From Macrostomum hystrix (Eukaryota > Animalia > Platyhelminthes): a stretch of DNA of 64,000 nucleotides. The notes beneath the pieces are model-generated. The model did not search any database and had not been told where the DNA came from. It worked only from the letters and a program-made list of their open reading frames with translations. The stretch is from positions 1,550,001 through 1,614,000 of the forward strand of contig CATNEN010000011.1 of the NCBI GenBank assembly GCA_950097015.1, read 5' to 3'. The position numbers and the translations under genes were made by a program. Positions 21,468-36,400 of the stretch are shown in pieces. Positions within the stretch are counted from its first letter, which is position 1. The number at the start of each line of letters is the position of its first letter.

Positions 21468-23380
21468 AAAGAGGGCGGATGAAGCGCTGAAGTAACAGGG
21501 GAATGGGGAGCGGATGAAGCGCTGAAGTAACAGGGGAATGGGGAGCGGATGAAGCGCTGAAGTCACAGGGGAATGGGGGGGCGGATGAAGCGCTGAAGTA
21601 ACAGGGGAATGGGGGGGGCGGATGAAGCGCTGAAGTCACAGGGAAATGGGGAGCGGATGAAGCGCTGAAGTCACAGGGGAATGGGGGGGGCGGATGAAGC
21701 GCTGAAGTCACAGGGGAATGGGGAGCGGATGAAGCGCTGAAGTAACAGGGGAATGGGGAGCGGATGAAGCGCTGAAGTCACAGGGGAATGGGGGGGCGGA
21801 TGAAGCGCTGAAGTAACAGGGGAATGGGGGGGGCGGATGAAGCGCTGAAGTCACAGGGAAATGGGGAGCGGATGAAGCGCTGAAGTCACAGGGGAATGGG
21901 GGCGGATGAAGCGCTGAAGTAACAGGGGAATGGGGAGCGGATGAAGCGCTGAAGTCACAGGGGAATGGGGAGCGGATGAAGCGCTGAAGTAACAGGGGAT
22001 GGGGAGCGGATGAAGCGCTGAAGTCACAGGGGAATGGGGGGGCGGATGAAGCGCTGAAGTACCAGGAGAATGGGGGCGGATGAAGCGCTGAAGTACCAGG
22101 GGAATGGGGGCGGATGAAGCGCTGAAGGAACAGGGAAATGGGGGGCGGATGAAGCGCTGAAGTAACAGGGGAATGGGGAGCGGATGAAGCGCTGAAGTAA
22201 CAGGGGATGGGGAGCGGATGAAGCGCTGAAGTCACAGGGGAATGGGGGCGGATGAAGCGCTGAAGTCACAGGGGAATGGGGGCGGATGAAGCGCTGAAGT
22301 AACAGGGGAATGGGGAGCGGATGAAGCGCTGAAGTCACAGGGGAATGGGGGCGGATGAAGCGCTGAAGTAACAGGGGATGGGGAGCGGATGAAGCGCTGA
22401 AGTCACAGGGGAATGGGGGGGCGGATGAAGCGCTGAAGTACCAGGGGAATGGGGGCGGATGAAGCGCTGAAGGAACAGGGAAATAGGGGGCGGATGAAGC
22501 GCTGAAGGAACAGGGAAATGGGGGGCGGATGAAGCGCTGAAGTAACAGGGGAATGGGGAGCGGATGAAGCGCTGAAGTCACAGGGTAATGGGGGAGCGGA
22601 TGAAGCGCTGAAGTCACAGGGGAATGGGGGGGCGGATGAAGCGCTGAAGTACCAGGGGAATGGGGGCGGATGAAGCGCTGAAGGAACAGGGAAATGGGGG
22701 GCGGATGAAGCGCTGAAGTACCAGGGGAATGGGGGCGGATGAAGCGCTGAAGGAACAGGGAAATGGGGGGCGGATGAAGCGCTGAAGTCACAGGGAAATG
22801 GGGAGCGGATGAAGCGCTGAAGTCACAGGGGAATGGGGGGCGGATGAAGCGCTGAAGGAACAGGGAAATGGGGGGCGGATGAAGCGCTGAAGTAACAGGG
22901 GAATGGGGGCGGATGAAGCGCTGAAGGAACAGGGAAATGGGGGGCGGATGAAGCGCTGAAGTCACAGGGGAATGGGGGCGGATGAAGCGCTGAAGGAACA
23001 GGGAAATGGGGGGCGGATGAAGCGCTGAAGGAACAGGGAAATGGGGGGCGGATGAAGCGCTGAAGTCACAGGGGAATGGGGGCGGATGAAGCGCTGAAGT
23101 CACAGGGGAATGGGGGCAGATGAAGCGCTGAAGTCACAGGGGAATGGGGAGCGGATGAAGCGCTGAAGTCACAGGGGAATGGGGGCAGATGAAGCGCTGA
23201 AGTCACAGGGGAATGGGGGCGGATGAAGCGCTGAAGGAACAGGGAAATGGGGGGCGGATGAAGCGCTGAAGTAACAGGGGAATGGGGGCGGATGAAGCGC
23301 TGAAGGAACAGGGAAATGGGGGGCGGATGAAGCGCTGAAGGAACAGTGGAATGGGTGGATGAGGCGCTGAAGAAACAGAG
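21468..23380. repeat. ~35-bp G-rich minisatellite (gcggatgaagcgctgaagt[c/a]acaggggaatgggg[g/a])
   Basis: ~54 copies; unit length varies through G-run slippage. Confidence 0.97.
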
Positions 23381-24604
23381 AGGAACACGACAAAGAGAAT
23401 ATTTACCGACCTTGTTTCACACCTGTGTATAATTCGTTCTATAATATTAAAATTATCGTCGAAGTTTCTTCGCAGAAATGTCTGTTGAAGTCTATGAAGT
23501 CAAATGTTCGATCTTTGGTAATTTTAGTGTTTGAAAAAGTTCATTTGTAGTTTGCATGAAGTCAGATTTTTATCTCTTTATCTATCGTGGAATGGTCAGT
23601 AAAGACTGTCCAATAGGATCGATTGGCCAATCAGATTCCTTCTTCATTGCTGTACTGGCGGCTGAATGCACACTCAATAATCATACTGACGTTTGCAATT
23701 ACAGGTTATTACCTCCGCGGTCCATGAAACTTGCCATTGTGTAGCCATAAATTATAGGTTAATTACAAAGGCAGAGTGAACACTTATTTATTTATTATTC
23801 AGTTCAGAGTGGGTGGGGTCAAATGGGTGGCGGGGTCGGTCAGTCATCTAAAAACACTGAGGGGACGAGTTATACTCGCAGATAGTACTAATATTTTCTC
23901 TTAGCCAATCAGAAACAGACACACGCCGCGTATGGTGTGAACATTAATTGAATCGTTGGAGTGTGTAAGTTATCAGCCAGCCAATCAAAAGTCGAGGAAA
24001 AGCATTGAAAGAAGCAAGCTTCGAAATCCACTTAATATATTATTTATTATATTATATTATAGATTAGTTTATATTTTGTAATGTATTATTGACTACAAAA
24101 GTTATTTCTCAAGTGAAATAGAAAAAACTGCAGCAAAATTGAACCTCCAAAAGTCAGATGTTGCTAGGCCCATTACAAAGTGCAAGCTGTAAAGCTGGAT
24201 TCTCGTTATCAGAATCAGACCATGCATTTAAAATAAAAACGCACCATATGTCTGTTAGAATCTATCTGTTCAGGACAAGTTCAGGGTTCACTAGGATTAA
24301 CCGAGAGGATTCGTTCTCATATCTGGCCTCTTTTGTAGACTTTGAGTAGCAATTTCGAGCAGTAGATTGGCCTTTTAGTCGTGTGGTTTGCAGACTATGC
24401 TTAAAATTGCCCCCCGCAATTTGTCATTCTGACATTCTCACAGGCAATCTCGCAGGATTATTTCAAAACAGATTGACGCGCAGATATTGCTCGTATACTA
24501 ACATTTTTGTGTCGCTGATTCGACTGTGTTTGTAGCAATATGCAATTCGTGTGTGTAATACGGTATGTGATATGTACTCCTCAAAGTCAAGCTAATATGA
24601 GCAA

Positions 24605-25487
24605 ATGTATGTAAGACACAATATGCATAAGCATGTTAGACCCAAGATCTAAACACCTGTTAGACACCAGATACATACACGTGTTAGACACAAAATCTAT
24701 GTACCTGTTAGAAACTAGATCTATACACTTAATAGACACAAGATCTACACACTTGCTAGACTCAAGATCTACACACCTGTTAGACACAATATCTATGTGC
24801 CTGTTAGACACAAGATCTATGTAGCTGTTAGACATAAGATCTATGTAGCTGTTAGACACAAGATCTATGTAGCTGTTAGACATAAGATCTATGTAGCTGT
24901 TAGACACAAGATCTATGTAGCTGTTAGACACAAGATCTATGTAGCTGTTAGACACAAGATCTATGTAGCTGTTAGACACAAGATCTATGTAGCTGTTAGA
25001 CACAAGATCTATGTAGCTGTTAGACATAAGATCTATGTAGCTGTTAGACATAAGATCTATGCACCTGTTAGACACAAGATCTATGTAGCTGTTAGACACA
25101 AGATCTATGTAGCTGTTAGACACAAGATCTATGTAGCTGTTAGACACAAGATCTATGTAGCTGTTAGACACAAGATCTATGTAGCTGTTAGACATAAGAT
25201 CTATGTAGCTGTTAGACACAAGATCTATGTAGCTGTTAGACACAAGATCTATGTAGCTGTTAGACACAAGATCTATGTAGCTGTTAGACATAAGATCTAT
25301 GTAGCTGTTAGACATAAGATCTATTTAGCTGTTAGACATAAGATCTATGTAGCTGTTAGACATAAGATCTATGTAGCTGTTAGACATAAGATCTATGTAG
25401 CTGTTAGACACAAGATCTATGTAGCTGTTAGACATAAGATCTATGTAGCTGTTAGACATAAGATCTATGTAGCTGTTAGACATAAGG
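24605..25487. repeat. 24-bp minisatellite (gttagacacaagatctatgtagct), GTTAGACAC family
   Basis: Degenerate left edge, near-perfect right two thirds. Confidence 0.97.
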
Positions 25488-26383
25488 TCTTGATGGATTG
25501 ACAGATGGATTTCTTGACTGATGGATGAGTGCGTCCTCCGTAAATTATCATTGTTGTTATTATTATAATAAAGATAATAAACTTTTTAAGTTAGAGTAAA
25601 TTTCCGAGTCATTTGGTTCCGAGTTCACAGAGAAAATTTAAATGATGTCAAGATGACATAAAATTTTAGAGTAAATCAGTCAGAGTGAGACTCACTTGTC
25701 CATCAGTTTCTGACTCAAAACGTGCCAGACAAGATAACCTCAGTGCCAATTACGAGCGTAATTTCTTGTCCAATTAATTAAAAAAAATATTAACATTTAT
25801 CAAATCAATTTACCTCATTCAATTATCACACGAATAATTGTGAGCACCTGTCAAGATGATGGACAGGTAACTAATTTGAATAAATTTGGAATCCGAATAT
25901 TTTCGGAGTTAACATTTCTAAAGCAGTCAATAAAACAAAATAGCTGCAGCCGTGCCACCGGCTCATTTCTAAGAAGTTTTAGTTTCTTGTTTTGTTCTTT
26001 GCTACTAACAGTAGGGACAAAGCAAATTTTAGTGATCGACTTGGAAAAAAAGAAAGTAGTCAGGATATTTTGTTATATCAATAACTGAATTAAGAAAGTT
26101 TCCAATTAAATAATATAATGGTAACTGTGACACATAAAGTGTATAGTAATAGTAATAACTATATATTTTCTTCACCTTTTAACACTGCAAATCGCATGCT
26201 AGTGTCATTAAACATATTGAAAATGGCGTTTAACATGGAAAGACTTGTGCTTCCTGATGAATACTTCTTTGTCAAATATAATATCTAATATATATATATA
26301 TATAATGTTTTTATAACAGAGACTATTTTAGATATACATTTTACAAGGATTTGAAATGGGATTGGAACGCCTTTTTATATTTT

Positions 26384-26590
26384 CCAGTGGAGTCCGGGAA
26401 TCGAACTCCCGACTTTTAAGTCGTGAGTTCGACGCTCTAACCACTAGGCTCTCACCTGGAGACAACCACTATGAACGATGCCACATTAATTTTAGGGCGC
26501 AGCCGCGGAGAGAAGACATGAGGGATTGTCGTATGGGCCAATGTCAAAGGTACAGCGGAAGTGTAAACTGCATGAACACGAGAAAGTCAC
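26384..26590. mobile_element. Two adjacent SINE fragments: family-1-like tRNA head (26384-26450, minus) and family-2 body (26478-26590, plus)
   Basis: A/B boxes in reverse (ccactagg, gggaatcgaact); gccacattaattttagggcgcagccgcggagagaag matches the reverse complement of 59580-59620. Confidence 0.7.
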
Positions 26591-27438
26591 GAGACAGCCC
26601 TCCTCTCTGGTGAATATTCTTAATATTTTAATCTGCAATCTGCAATTTTACAATCTGCACAAAACAATGGTTAACGTGAATTAAAAAAGTTGCATTAACA
26701 TTAGATGTGTCCGCATAATCGATTAATTTAGTACACATTTTTTATTCGTGCGCATTGAAGCTACTCACAGTAAGCGGTATAAGCTCTCGAAAGAAGCATG
26801 TTGAATATAGGCAACGATCATATACTCGTACTTTATCTTTATGTGAATACCACTTAGTGACAAAAAGCACATATTAGCAAAAATTTCAGCTAAATTTAAT
26901 GACATCTACTATAATTTTAATCAATGAAGTTCATCAACCAAATTGTTCTATAAGTTAATCAGCAAATTCGGAATTCAGGTAAATTATTGTAAGCTTCATA
27001 GATGGCGCATGGGCATTTTAATGAGAACAAAGTCTGACCTATTTAGATTACATTCTATGTGGAATTTTCGATCAATTTTCGATCTTGATCCATTCGTGAT
27101 CAGTACAAGATTTTTCAACTCGGCGTATTTTGACAATGTAGGATTCGATCAACATAGACTTTCGATTAATTGAGGATTTTTTCATTTTGGGATTTCGATC
27201 ACTTTGGGTTTTTTATTTGTTTGCAGATTTTTATCGTTTTGCAATTTTGGATCGTTCTTTGGGATTTGTATGTAATCTTCTATGTAAGGGTGATAGAATA
27301 AGCATTTAACCAAATCAATGATGAGACAGTTATCAATATAACAATCATTCTTTTATAATGATTGGCTTCAATGGGATAATAGCGAAAATAGTTTATCTGT
27401 GCAACGTCGTGAGTTCGAGTCGCAGGATGTAGCGTTCG

Positions 27439-30400
27439 TTACACGTAGCTGGCGCTATCGTCTCCAGGCGCAGAGGGCTCGAAATTCGACAGTCCGACCT
27501 CGTGACCGCTTCCGCTGTGTGACCCGGCCTTCCTAGGCGGTCTCTGTGGTGGCTGCTGCTGCTGCTGCAGGTGCATTTCTGCCGTAATAAGGTGCTGCTG
27601 CTGCTGCTGCTGTTGCTGAAGCATCGACGCGGGCAGCAGCGATGGCAGCTGCAGCGGCGGATCAATCTTCTTAGCCTTGTATCTCTGCCAGATTTCTCGG
27701 ACAATTTCAGCGGTGACCAAGTCACCGGCATTGTAGCGAATCATCTTCAGGATGAACACGCCATCGTAGCGCAGAAAGCTGCTGACGAACCGCTTTGCCA
27801 ACGCCTTCTCTTCTGCGTGAATCGGCGTCATAATCTTCAGATACTTCTTGATGAAGGTGCGCCTAGAAGAGCGCATTGTTGAGGACACAGCCCAAGATAA
27901 GAATGAGCAGCAAGTGAACATTAGCACCGCCCAGGTCCAAAGCCACAGGAAAAGGTACATCTTCTCGTTTAGCATGTTGTTGGGCAGCACGCATTGCATT
28001 GTGTACAGGTTGCTCTGGCCGACATTGTCTACTAGAACGTCGCATCTGGCCACTCTGGGAAAGATCCCAGTTTGTTCCCAGTCCCTCCGAGTGAGCAGAT
28101 TGAGTAGAAGCTGCAGGCCCCACAACGTGTGATTCATGCCTAGAAACTCTTGCATAACAACTAGTTGAAGGACAGCGTTCTTGACGTACAGTAACTTAAT
28201 TAACAGGTAGGATCCAACTAGGACGAAACCTGTGCGTTTTGTGAGCACAAAACAAGGCAGAATTTGAGCACATCTGGATTTCACCCGGTGCCATCGACCT
28301 CTGTGATACGGCTGAGCATAGTACAATAGCTTCTCAATGTGGGCAGCCAAGTACTGGATCATTCTCTGTCGCTTGTCCTGATCCACCGTGGCCGAAGACA
28401 TCGCGAACCGGATGATGTCCATGATGCTGGTGCCGAATCGGTTGCTAAGGAACAGCCAGCAGATGCGAGGCAGGTAGAAGCAGGCCGCTTGAAGGGCCAG
28501 CACGAATGGAACCCATTGGTAATAGTCTGCGAATCGGAAATGGTTTCTAAGGTAAACAAAAAAATAATAAAATCGAAGCAAACTATATCTGGATTATTGG
28601 ATCAGTGGACCCGCTGCCAGCGAGGAGGCCGCTCTGCACATTCCACTGACTTATGAGCACATATGCGAAACAGCAGATACCGTACGCAGGCACACATACA
28701 TAACACATAGGCCTGTACATTTGCCCTCTCAGAAATCCCGAATCTCAGAAATCCCGAATCTCAGAAATCCCAGAATCTCAGAAATCCCGAATCTCAGAAA
28801 TCTCGAATCTCAGAAATCCCGAATCTCAGAAATCCTAGAATCTCAGAAATCCCGAATCTCAGAAATCCCGAATCTCAGAAATCCCCGAATCTCAGAAATC
28901 TCAGAATCTCAGAAATCTCGAATCTCAGAAATCCCGAATCTCAGAAATCCCGAATCTCAGAAATCCCAGAATCTCAGAAATCTCGAATCTCAGAAATCTC
29001 GAATCTCAGAAATCTCGAATCTCAGAAATCCCGAATCTCAGAAATCCAGAATCTCAGAAATCCCAGAATCTCAGAAATCCTGAATCTCAGAAATCTCGAA
29101 TCTCAGAAATCTCGAATCTCAGAAATCCCGAATCTCAGAAATCCCAGAATCTCAGAAATCCCGAATCTCAGAAATCTCGAATCTCAGAAATCCCGAATCT
29201 CAGAAATCCTAGAATCTCAGAAATCCCGAATCTCAGAAATCCCGAATCTCAGAAATCCCAGAATCTCAGAAATCTCGAATCTCAGAAATCCCCGAATCTC
29301 AGAAATCCCAGAATCTCAGAAATCCCGAATCTCAGAAATCCCGAATCTCAGAAATCCCCGAATCTCAGAAATCCCGAATCTCAGAAATCCCGAATCTCAG
29401 AAATCCCGAATCTCAGAAATAACGAATCTCAGAAATCCCGAATCTCAGAAATCCCGAATCTCAGAAATCCCGAATCTCAGAAATCTCGAATCTCAGAAAT
29501 CCCGAATCTCAGAAATCCCGAATCTCAGAAATCCCCGAATCTCAGAAATCCCGAATCTCAGAAATCCCGAATCTCAGAAATCCCGAATCTCAGAAATAAC
29601 GAATCTCAGAAATAACGAATCTCAGAAATCCCGAATCTCAGAAATCCCGAATCTCAGAAATCTCGAATCTCAGAAATCCCGAATCTCAGAAATCCAGAAT
29701 CTCAGAAATCCCAGAATCTCAGAAATCCTGAATCTCAGAAATCTCGAATCTCAGAAATCTCGAATCTCAGAAATCCCGAATCTCAGAAATCCCAGAATCT
29801 CAGAAATCCCGAATCTCAGAAATCTCGAATCTCAGAAATCCCGAATCTCAGAAATCCTAGAATCTCAGAAATCCCGAATCTCAGAAATCCCGAATCTCAG
29901 AAATCCCGAATCTCAGAAATCCTGAATCTCAGAAATCCCGAATCTCAGAAATCCCGAATCTCAGAAATCCCGAATCTCAGAAATCCCGAATCTCAGAAAT
30001 CCCGAATCTCAGAAATCCCGAATCTCAGAAATCTCGAATCTCAGAAATCCTGAATCTCAGAAATCCCGAATCTCAGAAATCCCGAATCTCAGAAATCCCC
30101 GAATCTCAGAAATCCCAGAATCTCCGAAATCTCGAATCTCAGAAATCCCCGAATCTCAGAAATCCCAAATCTCAGAAATCCCGAATCTCAGAAATCTCGA
30201 ATCTCAGAAATCCCGAATCTCAGAAATCCCGAATCTCAGAAATCCCGAATCTCAGAAATCCCGAATCTCAGAAATCTCGAATCTCAGAAATCCCCGAATC
30301 TCAGAAATACCGAATCTCAGAAATCCCGAATCTCAGAAATCCCCGAATCTCAGAAATCCCAGAATCTCCGAAATCTCGAATCTCAGAAATCCCCGAATCT

Positions 30401-33400
30401 CAGAAATCCCAGAATCTCAGAAATCTCGAATCTCAGAAATCCCGAATCTCAGAAATCCCGAATCTCAGAAATCCCAGAGTCTCAGAAATCTCGAATCTCG
30501 GAAATCCCGAATCTCAGAAATCCCAAATCTCAGAAATCCCAAATCTCAGAAATCCCGAATCTCAGAAATCCCGAATCTCAGAAATCCCGAATCTCAGAAA
30601 TCCCTAATCTCAGAAATCCCGAATCTCAGAAATCCCGAATCTCAGAAATCCCGAATCTCAGAAATCCCCGAATCTCAGAAATCCCGAATCTCAGAAATCC
30701 CCGAATCTCAGAAATCCCGAATCTCAGAAATCCAGAATCGGAGAAATCCCGAATCTCAGAAATCCCAGAATCTCAGAAATCCCGAATCTCAGAAATCCCG
30801 AATCTCAGAAATCCCGAATCTCAGAAATCTCGAATCTCAGAAATCCCCGAATCTCAGAAATCCCGAATCTCAGAAATCCAGAATCGGAGAAATCCTATAT
30901 TAGGTTATTTCAGGTAAACTGTTAAAATATTCATAATTATATCACGAAATAGCCATAGATCTTGACTTAGGTAAATTTGTTAAATTCAAGTACGATTGTT
31001 TATGAGCGGCATCAGTTAAGCAATCAGAAAGTACTGCTGCAGATGCTAAATTTTGCTGCAGTAGAAACTTTTTCATGCCATGACGCGTGTGTGCTTAAGG
31101 CATCAAGGTACTATATGGCATTTAGTTATGTTTGGCATTATCTTGACAATTGTATCTTTCTTTTATAGACATAAGGCATGGGAGGCTAGTTTTCAGAGGC
31201 TGTTGGGGTGGGTTATCACCCGCATTCCTAGAATCAATCATTCGGGAGGCAACCGATTTATAATATAGGCTGACAGATTAGGTACATTTGATTCCCTTCT
31301 TGCCTATCTGGTAAGTTTCCCAACTGAACACCGAGAAGACTTTCTGTCACCTTTTTTCTGCACTTTATCAATCAAACCGATGGACCATAGACAGCAGTGG
31401 ATCCCGGCTTTTGAAAGACAATCACGATCAAAACCAGAATGCTGATTGTCGGACAGACAGACGACAGTTGGCCCGATAGACCAGGAAAAAACGGAAAGAT
31501 GACATTTTTGATTCGCAAAATGCTTCTTAGGATTGGCATTCGACATTGCCAGAACAGACAGCATTTGTTTGTTTTTTATTTAGCATTGTTAAAAAATAAA
31601 CGGAAATGGCAGATACATCAAGCATCTCATGATAAAATCGCATTCCAAAACTTTTATAGTTTTTCTAGTTAGTTTGACTAGCGATGTAAACTTTACAGAC
31701 TGAAGACAGACCGACAGACCGATCGATAAGACGCTTACACCCACCACCCCACTGTCGATCGATAAAATACAATACCCGCCACTCCTCGTTTGTCGACAAA
31801 ACTCTAGACCCAACACCCCACATTCGATCAGTAAGAGACAACACCCACCACCCCACCGCCGATCGATAAGAGACGACACCCACCACCCCACCGCCGATCG
31901 ATAAGAGACGACACCCACCACTTCACCGCCGATCGATAAGAGACGACACCCACCACTTCACTGCCGATCGATAAGAGACGACACCCACCACTTCACTGCC
32001 GATCGATAAGAGGCGACACCCACCACTTCACTGCCGATCGATAAGAGGCGACACCCACCACTTCACTGCCGATCGATAAGAGACGACACCCACCACTTCA
32101 CTGCCGATCGATAAGAGGCGACACCCACCACTTCACTGCCGATCGATAAGAGACGACACCCACCACTTCACTGCCGATCAAGGCCCTCACCCCACTGCTG
32201 ATCGATTAGAGATACGACCCAATCAAAGGTCGCGAAATCTGTAACCACGCAACGCTCTCCTTCCCTCGTTTCTGTTCCCTACTTTCAATGTAAGTAGTGA
32301 ATGCCCCTGTCTCTGTGTACCTGTACGTGTATGTAAATTTTAATTTATCGATTTTTTCTGGCCCCGGATTTTCTCTCTACCTCGACCGTTTGCTATCCAA
32401 GTCCAACTTGTTTATTTGTCCTTCTGCCGCCTGGTTCAGCCGCCACCCAACTTATCTCACCTCGCTCCTCCTGCTGCACCCAAGGTTGAAAGATACTTAT
32501 GAAGCACTGTGCCCGCAATGCGGTGTTTTTTTTAAAGCTTCATATTATCTCATCATTTAACAATACCAACTGCCAATCGATAAGATATAATACCCACCAC
32601 CCCACTTCCGATCGATAAGAGACAACACCCACCACCCCACATTCGATCGATAAGAGACAACACCCACCACCCCACATTCGATCGATAAGAGGCAACACCA
32701 ACCCGTAGAATAATAAGCAAAAGACCTACCACTTAACAGTCGATCAGTCAAGCAGCCATCGGTCTAGACTCTACACTCTACAATCTTTATATTGGATCAC
32801 AATGCGCCAACGAAGTCGCTATCGGATATTACCATGGGAGAACGATTATTTTAAATCTGCGATTTCTTTGCCAGACTAGCCTACATGAGCAGGCTGAAGG
32901 CTGGCTGCGATCTGATCACAATCTTCTCCCACTTTCCCCTCCCCCAGGGACTCGTCATGTCCCACCAGCCACCTCTCTCGTTCCCTCCATCTTTAGAAGC
33001 CTTGCAAACGAAAACTGCTGCATATAGTATAACGCGAGCCGTCATTCCAACAATAAAAAATTCCTTGACTCCAACACGGAAACTCATAAAAATTCTTTTG
33101 CCAACCCGACTTAAAGCCTCGGGAAATGAGTGCGCGTATGTGCTCGATGCTAGTGCAGGATATGGCCCCTCTGTGAGCAGGGCTACTCAATCTGTCCGTT
33201 CCTGTTCTGTCGCAGTCACCGTCAGCTCACAGAGTGAGTCAGCGGCGTCGCTAAAATTGAGAAAACTCAGCAGTTATTCTCTTCTCAACACAGTTCCTGT
33301 GGGACTCACGCTACAAAAGGTCGTGGATTCGAATCCGAAAAATTAACGTTTGGCTTTTGGACTAGGAGTTGGGATTAGGAAGATTAGGTTTTGGGATATG

Positions 33401-36400
33401 GCTGTAGGACTTGGCTTTGGGATTCGGCTTTGGGATTCGGTTTAGGGATTCGGCTTTGGGATTCGGCTTTGGGATTCGGCTTTGGGATTCCGCTTTGGGA
33501 TTCGGCTTTGGGATTCGGCTTTGGGATTCGGCTTTGGGATTCGGCTTTGGGATTCGGCTTTGGGATTCGGTTTAGGGATTCGGCTTTGGGATTCGGCTTT
33601 GGGATTCGGCTTTGGGATTCCGCTTTGGGATTCAGCTTTGGGATTCAGCTTTGGGATTCAGCTTTGGGATTCAGCTTTGGGATTCAGCTTTGGGATTCAG
33701 CTTTGGGATTCAGATTTGGGATTCAGCTTTGGGATTCAGCTTTGGGATTCAGCTTTGGGATTCAGCTTTGGGATTCAGCTTTGGGATTCAGCTTAGGGAT
33801 TCGGCTTTGGGATTCGGTTTTGCCATTCGGCTTTGGGATTAGGCTTTGGGATTAAGCTTTGGGATTCGGCTTTGGGATTCGGCTTTGGGATTCAGCTTTG
33901 GGATTCAGCTTAGGGATTCGGCTTTGACATTAGGATTAGGGATTCGGAATTGGGATTAGGCTTTGACCCAAAGGGATCAAGTGCTTAGGGATTCGGCTAA
34001 GGGATTTTGTAACAATATGCATATAGGATTCAAAGTTAATAAATTCCAACAAAGTAGTGATTCTGATGTGGTGCAGGCTCAATTATGATATCTCCCAAAT
34101 TAACTGCTACTATACTATTTTGACGCAATAATTATCCTTGAATCATTGTGACCGACGATATGCGCAATAAAAGAATTTGACCCCACGCAATCGACTTGAT
34201 ACAGCAGCTGACACAGAAATCTGCAGAGTTCAAAATAAAGTCGAATACTTTGTTCAAGCACTTTTGCTAGTTATAGATCCAGCTGGGCTGTCTGCACTGA
34301 CTAACAGAAATCCTTCGCAACATGATTAATTACCAGAAAAATATACCACCTTAAGTAAGGTAGTCAGTCCGGTAGTCATTTCACTGCAGTGTGTCTGTAG
34401 AATTGGCCATCACTCATTTGTAATGAAGTAATGTCTGTAATAAATGTTTACGTCCGTTTCGAGTCCGGGAGAATCGACGAACTGAGAGAATCAACGAACT
34501 CAGAGAATCGACAAACTAAAAGAATCGACGAACGGGGAGAATCCACGGAACTGAGAGAATCGACGAACTCAGAGAATCAACGAACTCAGAGAGTCCACGA
34601 ACTGAGAGAATCGACGAACTCAGAGAATCGACGAACTCAGAGAATCCACGAACTCAGAGAATCCACGAACTGAGAGAATCGACGAACTCAGAGAATCAAC
34701 GAACGGAGAGAATCCACGAACTCAGAGAATCAACGAACTCAGAGAATCAACGAACTCAGAGAATCAACGAACGGAGAGAATCCACGAACTCAGAGAATCG
34801 ACGACCGGAGAGAATCCACGAACGGAGAGAATCCACGAACTGAGAGAATCGACGAACTGAGAGAATCGACGAACTGAGAGAATCGACGAACTGAGATAAT
34901 CGATGAGCTGAGAGAATCGACCCACTCTACACTCTAAATCTCATTCTCTACTCTCTACATCTCATTCTCTACTCTCTACTTCTCATTCTCTACTCTCTAC
35001 TTCTCATTCTCTACTCTCTACTTCTCATTCTCTACTCTCTACATAATGTTCTCTACTTAATGCATCACATCCTTTATCCTCTGACAGTGTGAAAACAGTT
35101 AGTATAAAAAATATTATTATTCAAGCGGCAAAGCATTATTGGGATATTTGCCAAATCATCGAAAGCTGACCAATAGAAATACGAAGTGATTAAAAATGCC
35201 CATTTATGCACAAATATGATGAATCAACTGCTGCTGCTTTAGCCGCCTAGAAATATTGATACTTTTAGGCAATGAAGGGACAGTCTATGAGTATGAGTTG
35301 CGCATTTGAGACCGAAAGATAAATGCAACCTAAAACAGCACATAAGTTCAGGGTTCTCAGAAATTTCGGTTGTAAATAACTCAACTTCAGCACTGAATAA
35401 TTATAGGTCTGCGAATAGTTATTATTTATGATATTTTCTGTCCTAGAAAACTGCTTCGTAGCACTGTCCGGAAAACATTTTCGGAGATAAAAAATCCTAA
35501 TTTTTTTAGACTGTTGAGAAATGTTGAGACACATTGCAGAATAGACCTATCGAAAGCAAGGACTACCTCGTACTAAACAACAATTAACAGTACCTGCGTT
35601 TTTTGGGTGTTTAGTGTTGTTTGGTATTCCTTAATCGAGAGAATAAACAAGCTAAGAAAATATAAACCAATAACTGTAACAGTCGACGAATCGACGAACT
35701 GACAGAATTGACGAACTGAAAGAATCAACGAACTAAAAGAATAGACGAACTGAGAGAATCGACGAACTGAGATAATCGACGAACTGAGATAATCGACGAA
35801 CTGAGAGAATCGACGAACTGAGAAAATCGACGAACTGAGAAAATCGACGAACTGATGGAATCGACGAACTGATGGAATCGGCGAACTGAGAGAATCGACG
35901 AACTGCGATTCGGCGATAAAAGCTGTCTAATCGCAAGACAAGCCTAGACGGTTCTAGGAAAAGTCGTATAAATGGTTGCCCTCTTGACTTGCGTATCACA
36001 GCTAGCCACTAGATTATGAAATCCAAGAAAACGTTTCCTTGTTCGCTACAGAATTAACTACAGCATTTGGCGCACAAATCATCTAGCCAGCATTATCTAA
36101 CGCAATAAAAGTATGTTTATGAATCTGTAGTCCAGTTGTGCTGAGGGTAATATATAATACTAACTAGAAAATGCTGTTATACATAACAAAGTGCTTCACT
36201 TTTATGGCAATCGAATTCGGGATCTATGAAACAGGCCCTGGAAAAAAATAAATCTGTTATTTGATTCTTGTGAACAAACCGAGTTCAATAGCACGAGTTT
36301 TATGATAACCCGGCGGATACATGCTTCTCCGTGAGGATACGCTCGGAGGATATGAGGATATTTTTATTTCAAGCGAAAATCTGCAGCTTCAAACTATTTC

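Noticed and set aside
32885-33346. 153-aa ORF in the innexin intron
   Set aside because: No ATG context, splice signals or recognisable domain; Ser/Leu-rich composition typical of non-coding DNA.
33350-33990. Interstitial telomeric repeat
   Set aside because: The unit is a 13-mer; TTAGGG occurs only sporadically, not in tandem.
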